DNA of 64,000 bases from Scyliorhinus canicula (taxonomy: Eukaryota): positions 86,778,236 to 86,842,235 of the forward strand of contig NC_052161.1 of the NCBI RefSeq assembly GCF_902713615.1, written 5' to 3'. The notes beneath the pieces were generated by a model. It was not told the DNA's origin. It did no database searches and saw only the letters and a program-made list of their open reading frames with translations. This document shows, one piece after another, positions 25,900 through 38,735 of this stretch (positions are counted from its first letter, which is position 1; each line of letters begins with the position of its first letter). The translations under genes and the position numbers were made by a program.

Positions 25900-26090
25900 T
25901 ATAACAATCAGAACTTCTTCAACTCCAAATCTATTGTGTTCCACAATAACTTCTCTTCCACTGTCACAGTGCCACCTACATCCCTTTTCTATACAAGGAT
26001 CCACCTATTTAAACCTGGTTTCCCCTGTGTATTCTGTTTATCCTTCTGTTATCCTTTGCTATTATACCTTTTTGTGCCTGGACAGCTGCT
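25900..26090 (-). promoter_or_regulatory. Candidate promoter and non-coding exon 1 of the Ig gene
   Basis: Non-repeat DNA containing a TATA-like TTTAAATA (26013-26006), an E-box CAGCTG (26083-26088) and a strong donor ata|GTAAGC at 25899. Inferred from motifs only. Confidence 0.35.
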
Positions 26091-26125
26091 GAGATTAATG
26101 CCTTTTGAATGGGCTTGACTTAGAA

Positions 26126-26348
26126 TTTTTTAAATATAAATTTAGAGTACCCAATTCTTTTTTCCAATTTAGCAATTTAGCGTGGCCAATCTACCTAGCC
26201 TGTACATCTTTGGGTTGTGGGGGTGAAACCCACACAGACACAGGGAGAATGTGCAAACTCCACACGGACAGTTACCCAGAGCCAGGATCGAACCTGGGAC
26301 CTCGGCGCCGTGAGGCAGCAGCGCTAACCACTGTGCCATCATGCTGCC
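26126..26348 (-). mobile_element. tRNA-derived SINE
   Basis: Conserved head and body. Confidence 0.88.
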
Positions 26349-26419
26349 TTTTACACTTTACATTTTTAAACGATTACTCAAAATACCCCCCCCCCCCCCC
26401 CTCCCCCCCCCCCCCCTCT

Positions 26420-29400
26420 GGAGACCCCGTTATCAGCGCTATTTGGTCTGGCCCAGCGGAGGATGTTCCAGAATGTTCTGCCAAACTGAGACAGACTCCA
26501 TTTTGCCGGGGGAAGCATACTTCTTCTTTGGATATCGGCCTGAAGAGACAGTTAATCTCTCCCTTTCCTGATGAACACTCTTTTGATTACTAGGTTTGAA
26601 GCGGCAGGTTATCTCTTCTCGGCCTGGTGATTTCGAGAGCATCCGGCAGCCAGCAGATCTGGTTGAAGGCATCATTTGGCGATTACTGGCTACAAAGACC
26701 GCTATGTCGACAATAAATAACCATCTCGTATTGCTTAGTCCCTGTTACGCTTGAACCTTCCCCTCCCTCTCCACCATGTGTCTGTCCTGTGTGAGCCGGG
26801 GTGGAGGATGGGTCAGGGTTTTGGGAATGGTTAGATTAGCAGACCATTGTTCTATGTTTATCATTATTTACCCATCTTTTTTTTTGTTTCACTTCTAAAT
26901 CTGGTGTCTGTAACTCATTGGGACAGTCTACGGCCACAATCTCAACAGGTTTATAAGAATTATTTGTTAATTCACTTATGTTGTGACCTTGGGTCGATGG
27001 GGGGGGGGGGGGCTGGAATTGACCGCCCACTCGCCCAGGGGGTTGTAACATAAATTGGGGGCTCGGGTCTGGGATTTGAAACATCAGATGGTGAGTTTGG
27101 GGTACAGAGTAAATTATAAAGAGACACCAGGTTTGTAGTATTATAACACAAGGGCTTTAGAAACAGCTGAATATTTTCTCCAGGTGGAAGGCTTATCGCT
27201 GGTCTACTTATTGGGGCTTCCCAAAGGCAAGCTTGTCGAGTGGCAGGTGAATTTACAACTGGGAGTATCGGCTAAAACAGCGAAGGCGGAGTTGCTGTGA
27301 TTGCTGAACATTTCAATCTTATACAGGTGCCAGGAGCACAGGGAAGCCGAGGAGTGAGTGGAGCATCAGAGGCTTCGTCAAGTGGGGAAACGGAGCTGGA
27401 GAGATCCCGGTTACAGTTGGAGCATGAAAGGGAATGTTACAAAATGGAGAGGAAGCGGAAAGAAATGGAAATGAAGAGGAAAGAGAGAATGAGATAAAGG
27501 GAAGAGAAAGAGTGAGGGAGAGAGCAGAAGGGAAAAGAAATGGAGTTGGAAACGAGGAAGCTACTGAAGGTACTGGAAAGGGATGGGAAGCTTCCAGAAC
27601 GTATAGGGGAGCCTAGTCCAACAACAGAACTCAGTGGGGATATGTTTAAATTTATCCAGAGGGCGGGATTCTCCCAGCCCGCGGCAAAGTGTCCACGCCA
27701 TCGTAAACACCATTGCGTTTTACGACAGCGTCAACGGGTCACTCCCAGGACAGGTGGACAGCATGGCGCTGGAATGGTTCGCGACGCTCCTTCATCACGC
27801 CGGCCCCGACACAACATGGCGCAGGAATACAGGGGCCGGTGTGTAGGAAAGGAGGCCCCCAGCCATAGAGGCCGGCCCACCGATCTGTGAGCCCCGATCG
27901 TGGGCCAGGCCACATCGGAGGCCCCTCCCAGGCTCAGACCCCCCTCCCACCCCCCACAGGCCAGCACCCGACCCCTCCTCGCCGAGACCCCGCTGGTCCA
28001 GAGCAGGTTAGAACGGCGCCGGCGCCGGCGAGACTCGGCTCTTTTCCTACGGCCGCTCGGCCCATCTGGACCAGAGAATCGGCGGGCCGGCCGTGTAGAA
28101 CGACCCGCGACCGACGCCGCGCCACCCACGCCGGTGCCAATGGTGCCGATTCTCCGCTCAGCGGAGAATCGCGTGCCGGGTTTGGGGCGGCGTGGCCCGG
28201 TCACGAGGATTCTTCAGCCCGGCCCAGGGCTGGGAGAATCCCGCCCAGGGTCTCTCAAAATTTGAAGAGAAAGAAATATTAACGTTCTTTTGGGCTTTCG
28301 AGAAACTAGCAACCCAAATGGAGTAGCCAAAAGAGAAGTGGACATTACCCCTACAGAGTATGTTGACAGGGAGGGAACAGGAAGTTTATGCCACCTTGTC
28401 AGAGCAGGATTCTAGGGATTATAACACAGTAAAAAAGGCCATTCTGGAAGGATATGAATTGGTTCCCGAAGCATATAGACAAAAATATCTGAATTTGAAG
28501 AGACTGCCAGGACAGACATATGCAGAGTTTGAAAGGATTAAGCAGAACAATTTTAATAGATGTGTGTGAGCATTGGGAGTTGCGACTGTCTATGAGGCTC
28601 TGAGAGAGGTCATTCTCTCAGAAGAGTTTAAGAATTCCTTACCTTCGATAATAAGAACCCATGTTGAAGATCAGAGATTACAAACTGCTAGGCAGCAGCA
28701 ATTATGATTGACGTTACGAGCTAATCCATAAATTTAAACCTTTGTTCCATTACACGGGTAATTTTGCAAAGGATGGGAAATGGCGGAGTGAGAGGATGGC
28801 AGGTTGCCAAGGTCAGGAATGGATCGCTGGGAAGGCTCCGCGATCTCCGCCTCAGACCAGGAAGGTAGGTACTGGGGGTCGAAGTGAGACTTGGATGCCG
28901 AGATGTTACCATTGTAACATGGTGGGACACGTTCAGTCCGCATGTTGGTAGTTGCAGGGAAAGCCCGTGGCACTTGTGGGGGTTCGGAAGGAGGATTCTG
29001 AGAAGGGAGTGAAAGTGGAGAATGCTACGTTGCAGACGGTATCATTAGCTGGACTTAGGAGTCTCAAGGTGAACTCTGCTGTGGGAAGAGGCGTAGAGAA
29101 TAAAGTAGATGAGAGATATACTGGTTTTGTGCTGGAGGGAAAAGTCACCCCATTATCCTCGACAGAGGTAGCCAAAACTGACTGCACAGCATTAGTTAGT
29201 CAGTGCGAGGACAGTAAGGACCATGGTGTGATACCAAGCGAGTGACTGGTTGACCCACATCCTTTTGAAGGGTTACAGCCCTTGAGGTGGCAGAGGTGGA
29301 TAGCCAGGAACGTGAAGTAATTGGCCATCAGTTCCTTTCAAGAGTTAAAGGGAAGCTGGGTGGAAAATTCGGTGGCGGTTCTACAACTACAGAGGTCAGG

Positions 29401-29760
29401 AAAAGCCAAACTGTTCATGGAGTCAGTGATGTCCCAAACTCAAATTCCAAAAGTGGAAATGCAGACGGTGGTTACAAAAACTCAGATGAGGAAGTAAAAG
29501 TTGCCACCCCAGGAATAGGGCCTGTTGAATCAATTAACCCTGTGTGGATTGAACCCTTCAGTAGCTCCTGGTGCTGAAGGTGGCCCTGTGAAGGCCAAGA
29601 GCAAACGTGAGGCTGGTGGCATTGAACGTTGTCCGTTGGTTACCAGTGAACCCACTACTTTCAGCGTTCGCAATCCTACTCCTAGACTGGTGGTAGAAAA
29701 CTTTCAACAGTTAGGCAGACATTCGTCAGGCAATCAGGAAGGACTGTTGTTGGTACATGT
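26420..29760 (+). mobile_element. Truncated Gypsy element (Gmr1-like, SCAN-like gag) with probable 5' LTR at about 26420-27049
   Basis: LTR end ..gttgtaaCA followed by a tRNA-Pro-like PBS (TGGGGGCTCG). gag fragments MLTGREQEVYATLS..YELVPEAYRQKY and a zinc-knuckle remnant CYHCNMVGHVQSAC. LTR start uncertain. Confidence 0.72.
27661..28246. mobile_element. MITE (non-autonomous DNA transposon)
   Basis: Perfect 20-bp terminal inverted repeats gggcgggattctcccagccc / gggctgggagaatcccgccc. It interrupts the gag. Confidence 0.85.
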
Positions 29761-29768
29761 TGGTAACA

Positions 29769-29960
29769 GGGGCTGTTTAGCACACTGGGCTAAATTGCTG
29801 GCTTTTTAAAGCAGACCAAGGCAGGCCAGCAGCACGGTTCGATTCCCATATCAGCCTCCCCGAACAGGTGCCGGAATGTGGTGACTAGGGGCTTTTCACA
29901 GTAACTTCATTGAAGCCGACTCGTGACAGTAAGCGATTTTCATTTCATTTCATTTTCATT
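29769..29960 (+). mobile_element. Short SINE
   Basis: ggggctgtttagcac head and (ttcat)n tail. Confidence 0.85.
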
Positions 29961-30072
29961 ACATGTGGGTTAGGAAGCAGCAAGTGTAGTGAGGTTGCTG
30001 CTTCATAATGAGTAACAGGAAACACACTTATTCTTCGGCAATCGGCCCAGAGAGACACAATTAATATCTAAA

Positions 30073-30583
30073 TCCTGAAGGGACACAGTTAATCTCTCTC
30101 TCTCCTGAAGGTACACAGTTAATCTCTCTCTCTCCTGAAGAGACACAATTAATCTCTCTCTCCTGAAGGGACACAGTTAATCTCTCTCTCTCCTGAAGGG
30201 ACACAGTTAATCTCTCTCTCCTGAAGAGACACAATTAATCTCTCTCTCCTGAAGGGACACAGTTAATCTCTCTCTCTCCTGAAGAGACACCGTTAATCTC
30301 TCTCTCTCCTGAAGGGACACAGTTAATCTCTCTCTCTCCTGAAGGTACACAGTTAATCTCTCTCTCTCCTGAAGACACACAGTTAATCTCTCTCTCCTGA
30401 AGAGACACAGTTAATTTTTCTCTCCTGAAGAGACACCGTTAATCTCTCTCTCTCTTGAAGAGACACAATTAATCTCTCTCACTTTCCTGAAGAGACACAG
30501 TTAATCTCTCTCTCCTGAAGAGACACAGTTAATCTCTCTCTCCTGAAGAGACACAGTTAATCTCTCTCTCTCTCTCCTGAAGA
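30073..30583 (+). repeat. Satellite (cctgaagagacacagttaatctctctct)n, left part
   Basis: Units of about 26-32 bp with a variable (CT)n. Confidence 0.95.
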
Positions 30584-31320
30584 TGAGAATGTGAAGCAAG
30601 GGTTAATAGCTCGAAGAAGCCAGAATTAATGGGACGCATTAGTGGAAAATTACTAATAGGGGAGTTGTTATTGAATTTGTGAGCCGACTCATGACTGTAA
30701 GCCGAATAGCCTTGAGAAACAAGGAAGATGGCTGGATGACGGAATATGAAATGTGGGAGCCGCTTGCAACTATGGCTAAACACCTGCTGTTTATGCTAAG
30801 ACTATTATATACTCATGTGCCAATAGATAACCTCATAGTCTGTAAAATCATTTATCGAAACTATGGCAAAAACAAGTTTATGCTTTGTAATGGGGGCAAG
30901 CTCAAGTGAATGTAAGAGACAGACCCTTAAAAAAACATATTAAAAAAGGATGTTTTAAGCAGTACTTTGGCACTCTCCGAGGTGGTTCTCCGGAATACCT
31001 AGAGGGCTGCCCCGATCACAATAAAGAATATTCTGAAGTACGGATGTGTTTGAGAGCGTTTCTTCCGGACCGAGAGACAAGTGAATTAGAGACGCATTCA
31101 CATTTTGGTGGCAGCGGTGGGATTTCAAAAAGTCTCCGCTGAGACTGGCGGCATAAGCGACTGAGCGAGTTCGGGAGCAAAGAAGGAATTGGGCTACCAT
31201 TGTGAGTAAAGTTTTTGGCACTTTGGTATTTCCCTCCGCTGTACTGTCCGCGATTCGTGCCTGCTGCCAGCGCTCAGGAATGCTCTTACAAAATCCAGGT
31301 CAGTCCGGCGAACCCGTTTA

Positions 31321-31890
31321 AGGGAGGGAGTGTGACCCATACAGTTATAGTCACAGGCACAGTCAGGGACTAGTGTCTTAAGGGAGGGAGTGGGACCCCT
31401 ACAGTTATAGTCACAGGCACAGTCAGGGACTAGTGTCTTAAGGGAGGGAGTGTGACCCCTACAGTTATAGTCACAGGCACAGTCAGGGACTAGTGTCTTA
31501 AGGGAGGGAGTGTGACCCCTACAGTTATAGTCACAGGCACAGTCAGGGACTAGTGTCTTAAGGGAGGGAGTGTGACCCCTACAGTTATAGTCACAGGCAC
31601 AGTCAGGGACTAGTGTCTTAAGGGAGGGAGTGTGACCCCTACAGTTATAGTCACAGGCACAGTCAGGGACTAGTGTCTTAAGGGAGGGAGTGTGACCCCT
31701 ACAGTTATAGTCACAGGCACAGTCAGGGACTAGTGCTTTAAGGGAGGGTGTGTAGCCCCTACAGTTATAGTCACAGGCACAGTCAGGGACTAGTGTCTTA
31801 AGGGAGGGAGTGTGACCCCTACAGTTATAGTCACAGGCGCAGTCAGGGACTAGTGCTTTAAGGGAGGGTGTGTAGCCCCTACAGTTATAG
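31321..31890 (+). repeat. 60-bp tandem repeat in the ERV leader, about 9.5 units
   Basis: Unit agggagggagtgtgacccctacagttatagtcacaggcacagtcagggactagtgtctta. Confidence 0.95.
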
Positions 31891-32104
31891 CTACAGAAGA
31901 GGTTTCGACATCATCATGATCCTTGCCTTTGTCTAAAAGTGCCCCCGCGATAAAGATGCTTTAGAAGTGTGCGTGATCAACCCTAAGGTAACAATATAAC
32001 AAGGACGTTATAACATTGTAGTTAGATAGGCTTGCAGGCACGGATGAGCCTGCTGAATTGGGCAACGAAGCAGGATAACTCCGTTTAAATTCATGATTAA
32101 ATTT

Positions 32105-35100
32105 GGATCATTCGGGAGGCAGAGGGGGTCATAGATAGAAGCTTCAGGGAGGTAGTTACGCCAAAGAATAAAGATAGATGGGTGACGGTGAAAGGGGCTG
32201 GGGGTAAGCAGTCAGTACAGGGATCCTCTGTGGTCGTTCCCCTTAGTAACAGGTATACCGCTTTGGATACTGTTGGGGGGGGGGGGGGACTTACCAGGGG
32301 TCAGCCATGGGGTACAGATCTCTGGCACAGAGTCTGTCCCTGTTGCTCAGAAGGGAAGTGAAGGAAAGGAGTAGGACATTAGTCATTGGAGACTCCATAG
32401 TTAGGGGGATAGATAGGAGATTCTGTGGGAACGAGAGAGATTCGCGGTTGGTGTGTTGCCTCCCAGGTGCCAGGGTCCGCGATGTCTCGGATCGTGTTTT
32501 CGGGATCCTGAATGGGGAGGGGGAGCAGCCCCGAGTCGTGGTCCACATAGGTACCAACGACATAGGTAGGAAAAGGGATAGGGATGTAAGGCAGGAATTC
32601 AGGGAGCTAGGGTGGAAACTTAGAGCTAGAACAAACAGAGTTATTATCTCTGGGTTGTTACCCGTGCCACGTGCTAGCGAATCGAGGAATAGGGAGAGAG
32701 AGCAGTTGAACACGTGGCTGCAGGGATGGTGCAGGAGGGAGGGTTTCAGATTCCTGGACAATTGGGGCTCATTCTGGGGTAGGTGGGACCTCTACAAACG
32801 GATGGTCTACACCTGGACCAGAGGGGTACTAATATCCTCGGGGGGAGGTTTGCTAATGCTCTTCGGGAGGGTTTAAACTAGTTCAGCAGGGGATTGGGAA
32901 CTTGAATTGTAGCTCCAGTACACAAGAAGCTGAGAGTAGTGAGGTCATGAGTAAGGTTTCAAAGTTGCAGGAGTGTACCGGCAGGAAGGAAGGTGGTATA
33001 AAGTGCGTCTACTTCAATGCCAGGAGCATCCGGACTAAGGTGGGTGAGCTTGCGGCATGGGTTAGTACCTGGGACTTCGATGTTGTGGCCATTTCGGAGA
33101 CATGGATAGAGCAGGGACAGGAATGGTTGTTGCAGGTGCCGGGGTTTAGATATTTCAGTAAGTTCAGGGAAGGTGGTAAGAGAGGGGGAGGGGTGGCATT
33201 GTTAGTCAAGGACAGTATTACGGTGGCTGAGAGGATATGGGCTGAGTTAAGAAACAGGAAAGGAGAGGTCACCCTGTTAGGGCTTTTCTATAGGCCTCCG
33301 AAAAGTTCCAGAGATGTAGAGGAAAGGATTGCAAAGATGATTCTGGATAGGAGCGAAAATAACAGGGTAGTTGTTATGGGGGACTTTAACTTTCCAAGTA
33401 TTGACTGGAAACACTATAGTTCGAGTACTTTAGATGGATCCGTTTTTGTCCAATGTGTGCAGGAGGGTTTCCTGATGCAGTATGTAGATAGGCCAACAAG
33501 AGGCGAGGCCGTATTGGATTTGGTACTGGGTAATGAACCAGGACAGGTGTTAGATTTGGAGGTAGGTGAGCATTTTGGTGATAGTGACCACAATTCGATT
33601 ACGTTTACTTTAGCGATGGAAAGGGATAGGTATAAACCGCAGGGCAAGAGTTATTGCTGGGGGAAAGGCAATTATGATGCGATGAGGCAAGACTTAGGAT
33701 GCATCGCCTGGAGAGGAAAACTGCAGGATGGACACAATGGAAATATGGAGCATGTTCAAGGAACAGCTACTGCGTGTCCTTGATAAGTATGTACCTGTTA
33801 GGCAGGGAGGAAGTGGTCGAGTGAGGGAACCATGGGTTACTAAAGCAGTTGAATCACTTGTCAAGAGGAAGAAGGAGGCTTATGTGAAGATGAGACGTGA
33901 TGGTTCATTTGGGTCGCTTGAGAGTTACAAGTTAGCTAGGAAGGCTCTAAAGAGAGAGCTAAGAAGAGCCAAGCGAGGACATGAGAAGTCTTTGGCAGGT
34001 ATGATCAAGGATAACCAAACAGCTTTCTATAGGTGTGTCAGGAATAAAAGAATGACTAAGGTAAGAGTAGGGCCAGTCAAGGACAGTAGTGGGAAGTTGT
34101 GCGTAGAGTCCGAGGAGATAGGAGAGGTGCTAAATTAGTATTTTTCGTCAGTATTCACACAGGAAAAAGACAAAGTTGTCGAGGAGAATACTGAGATACA
34201 GGCTACTAGACTAGAAGGACTTGAGGTTCATAAGGAGGTGTTAGCGATTCTGGAAAGTGTGAAAATAGATAAGTCCCCAGGGCCGGATGGGATTTATCCT
34301 AGGATTCTCTGGGAAGCTAGGGAGGAGATTGCTGAGCCTTTGGCTTTGATCTTTAAGTCATCTTTGTCTACAGGAATAGTGCCAGAGGACTGGAGGATAG
34401 CAAATGTTGTCCCCTTGTACAAGAAGGGGAGTAGAGATAACCCCGGTAACTATAGGCCAGTGAGCCTTGCTTCTGTTGTGGGAAAAGTCTTGGAAAGGTT
34501 TATAAGAGATAGGATGTATAATCATCTGGAAAGGAATAATTTGATTAGAGATAATCAACATGGTTTTGTGAAGGGTAGGTTGTGCCTCACAAACCTCATT
34601 GAGTTCTTCGAGAAGGTGACCAAACAGGTGGATGAGGGTAAAGCAGTTGATGTGGTGTATATGGATTTCAGTAAAGCGTTAGATAAGGTTCCCCACGGTA
34701 GGCTATTGCAGAAAATACAGAGGCATGGGACTCAGGGTGATTTAGCAGTTTGGATCAGAAATTGGCTAGCTGATAGAAGACAAAGAGTGGTGGTTGATGG
34801 GAAATGCTCTGACTGGTGTCCAGTTACTAGTGGTGTGCCACAAGGATCTGTTTTGGGGCCGTTTCTGTTTGTCATTTTTATAAATGACCTGGAGGAGGGC
34901 GTAGAAGGATGGGTGAGTAAATTTGCAGATGACACTAAAGTCGGTGAAGTTGTGGACAGTGCAGAAGGATGTTACAAGTTACAGAGGGACATAGATAAGC
35001 TGCAGAGCTCGGCTGACAGGTGGCAAATGGAGTTTAATGCAGAAAAGTGTGAGGTGATTCATTTTGGAAGGAATAACAGAAAGGCAGAGTACTGGGCTAA

Positions 35101-35812
35101 TGATAAGATTCTTGGTAGTGTGGTCGAGCAGAGAGATCTCGGTGTCCATGTCCATAGATCCTGAAAGTTGCCACCCAGGTTGAGAGGGTTGTTAAGAAGG
35201 CGTACGGTGTGTGAGCTTTTATTGGTAGAGGAATTGAGTTTCGGAGCCATGAGGTCATGTTGCAGTTGTACAAAACTCTGGTGCGGCCGCATTTGGAGTA
35301 TTGTGTGCAGTTCTGGTCGCCACATTATAGGAAGGATGTGGAAGCATTGGAAAGGTTACAGAGGAGATTTACAAGAATGTTGCCTGGTATGGAGGGAAGA
35401 TCATATGAGGAAAGGCTGAAGGACTTGAGGCTGTTTTCGTTAGAGAGAAGAAGGTTAAGAGGTGACTTAATTGAGGCATACAAGATGATCAGAGGATTAG
35501 ATAGGGTGGACAGTGAGAGCCTTTTTCCTCGGATGGTGATGTCCAGCACGAAGGGACATAGCTTTAAATTGAGGGGAGATAGATATAGGACAGATGTCAG
35601 AGGTAGGTTCTTTACTCAGAGAGTAGTAAGGGCGTGGAATGCTCTGCCTGCAACAGTAGTGGACTCGCCAACACTAAACGCATTCAAATGGTCATTGGAT
35701 AGGCATATGGACGATAAGGGAATAGTGTAGAGGGACTTTAGAGGGGTTTCACAGGACAGCGCAACTTCGTGGGCCGAAGGGCCTGTACTGCGCTGTAATG
35801 TTCTATGTTCTA
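32105..35812 (+). mobile_element. CR1 LINE, 5'-truncated, inserted in the ERV
   Basis: ORF1 SGNH-esterase motifs (GDSIVRG, GTND), ORF2 APE and RT (GVPQGSVLGP, FADDTK), and an (atgttct)n tail. Several stops and frameshifts. Confidence 0.95.
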
Positions 35813-37711
35813 AGTGGTCCAGGACCATTTCGCCAAATAAACAATAATCGCAAGGATCATTAACTGCCAATAGTGTTAGAGATGGGTAATACATTAAATA
35901 CAACCTCTGATAGTGGAAGCGCGCTTCAAACCTTGTGTGAACAATATCCGGAATATTCCAAGCAACTGAGACAATTGTCAGGAGAATTGCATAAAAATTT
36001 AGGAGAAGAAAAATGGCCACTGGGGGAAAACTAATGCATTAAAATTGGGTATAAAATTGACAGAGAAATGAATAGCTAAAACAGCCAAGGTCTTAAAAAA
36101 AAAGGAATGCGCATATGGGAAAAGAACCAAGTCATTCGGCTATCCGCCTTGAATCTGTTTATTAATCCATGTGAGTTTAAGCTTAAGTGGGATAAGGTGC
36201 TGTCAGGGACTGCGGAGTTCCCAAATCTTATCTCCCAGAATTCTGACATCAAAAACTGATTTGTTACTGATACTCAGGCCTTCGTGTGAATATTTTCACC
36301 CTTAACATTTAGTGTAAGTCTGGAAGGATTTGCTGAGCTGGACGCCGCTCGAGCCGGTGGACAAGGCGAGTAGTCAAACCTTTGACCGCCTAAAATTAGA
36401 ATCACTTGGCAAGGCGGACAGACGGTGAGGTAACATCCAATAAATCTAGTATCAAGGCCAAATGAGTAAAAAAGTCAGTTTAAATTTTTTTTTTGGTTTT
36501 TGAAGAGCAAAATCCTCTGAAAAAAAACAATGATCAAAGATGGGTGTGATTTCTGTGGAACAGAGAAAAATGGTGAGATACACAGAAGTAAAGATAAGAC
36601 AAATAAAGTTAGAAGCACAAATGACATAAATTAAACCTTCACACCATTTGGAAGACAGGCAGGTTTGAAGGAATTGAGCTCTAACTCCTTTAAGCATAGC
36701 AATAAAGCGGGTAAAGATACTGCAGTACAGATTGTGAAAACTAGCAAAAGACATCACAAAACTGCCAACAATTACGGCTAATGGCTGACCCGGAATGTCT
36801 CAAGGAGGAAAAAAAAATCAAATTAAGTGAAGTCCAAAAGATCAGAAAGGGGCTAAAACACTCAATTAGTTTTGTTCAGGAATATCTGAGGATGACTAAT
36901 TCCCCCCTCCCAAAACAAAAAAATTGGGAGGAAAATCAATACAAGATTACGGTTAGAAATTTAACAATGAATACATGTCGAGAATAACTTCAGATTGTTT
37001 CAAGCCGTCCAGATAAATTCGGCAGTAATTCAACTCATTTGAAATAAAAGAAAAATAAACATCCAGTAATGTCTCTTTCCAAAAACCGGTTAAACAACGA
37101 ACATTGAAAATTGAAAGAAAGGATGGATAATGTCTGAGGTCACATGGCGGATGGAGATGGCATCATGCCAAGTTCTCCACCACTTTCGATTCTGTACAAA
37201 AGTTTAGCCATTTGAGGAAGCAGGTCATCTGCACAAAGACATATACACCTCTAAGAATAGCGAATGCCTCTAAATTAATCAGTGGAAATTGACTTAAATG
37301 GAATGACACAGATAAAGTTTTCGAAGGAGAATGAAAAATTTTGTTTAGTATTTTAATTGAGCTCCATTTTAGAGAAAGAGTGAGAGGGTTAGAGAGAGAG
37401 AGCCAGAGACTTAGAGAGGGACTGATAGAGACAGCGAAAGTTGAGAGAGCGAAAGAGAGCGAGTCAGGGAAAGACAGAGACGGGGAGAGGTAGTTAGATA
37501 AAGAGAAAGAGTGGCAAGAGTTCCAGAGACAGACAGAGTTACGTAGAGAGATAGACATAGAGAGAGAGAGTTTTAGGCATCTAAACTTTGTTCTGAACTA
37601 TTCACTGTCTCTGTATTCATGTTTCATTTTCAGACTTTGACTTCAGACTTTGACTTTTAAAAGTTTTGTTACGAGCTGTGATTATTTGAAAGCTTCAAAT
37701 TGTCTACGTAT

Positions 37712-37939
37712 GGGCAGCACGGTGGCGCAGTGGGTTATCCCTGCAACCTCACGGCGTCGAGGTCCCAGGTTCAATCCTGGCTCTGGGTCACTGTCCGTGT
37801 GGAGTTTGCACATTCTCCCCGTCTTTGCGTGGGTTTCACCCCCACAACCCAAAGATGTGCAGGGTAGGGGGATTGGCAACGTTAAATTGCCCCTTAATTG
37901 GAAAAAATGAACTGGGTACTCTAAATTTAAAAAAAAAAA
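37712..37939 (+). mobile_element. tRNA-derived SINE inside the ERV
   Basis: A-rich tail and TSD aattgtctacg(t/c)at. Confidence 0.92.
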
Positions 37940-38735
37940 TTGTCTACGCATTGCCTTTAAAGATTACAGTTTGAGTATAGTTAACAATTTTTTCTTTTCA
38001 AAAGCTATCATTGGCATTGCCAGGGTAATTTTGATACACAAGGAATTTTAATCAGGGTGCAAAATCACGTATGTAAGAATAAGAAAATATTAGTTTTATG
38101 GTGTTCAGTGGAAGTTAGGATAATTGAAATACATATGACAAGTTGCAATACATATGACAAATATGAACAAGCCGGTGTTTCATTAGTTCAGGGTTAAAAC
38201 TTCCCTGACACAAATAATCATCAGTAGGGTGAAACTTACCTGTCCAACAACGCAGATGCTTTAATTATGAGATTGCAGAATTACTTATTAACAACAGATG
38301 GGTAAATGAAATATGTCCATAATCATGCTCGTCTGGGAAAGAACCACGCAAAATTGGTTCACTCAGAGTTTCAATAACATATTGTGTTTGCTGAAAGACT
38401 TGATAACGAGAATTTGGCAGCACTCCAACTCTTACTTCCAGTTCATTTGAGTGAAAAATATAAAAAAACGTTTAGAGATGCGAATGGCATCATTCCAATT
38501 GATCCACCCACTATACGCCCCTTTTTGTCTCTGCAAGACAATTAACCCTTTCAACAAGCTCTTGTGTGTAATCCAGAAGATGTCTTGACACTCCCTGCTG
38601 GGTTTGCCTGTGAGCTCTGGCCCTTTTAATTCTGATAAAGTAATGAACAGTCCACACGGCTGAAGATGCATTTTAATTGGAACTTACCAATCTTAAATTT
38701 AGAATTTTCACCCCCTTAACGACCCAGACCTGACC

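Noticed and set aside
31321-31890. CRISPR-like regular array (also 20985-21705)
   Set aside because: Head-to-tail units with no unique spacers, no cas genes, and a eukaryotic context.
32307-32876. SGNH esterase-like ORF as a host enzyme
   Set aside because: It is the CR1 ORF1 esterase domain, directly upstream of ORF2.
37712-37790. tRNA-like sequences with A/B boxes (also in the other SINE heads)
   Set aside because: They continue into SINE bodies and tails, and this one has a TSD.
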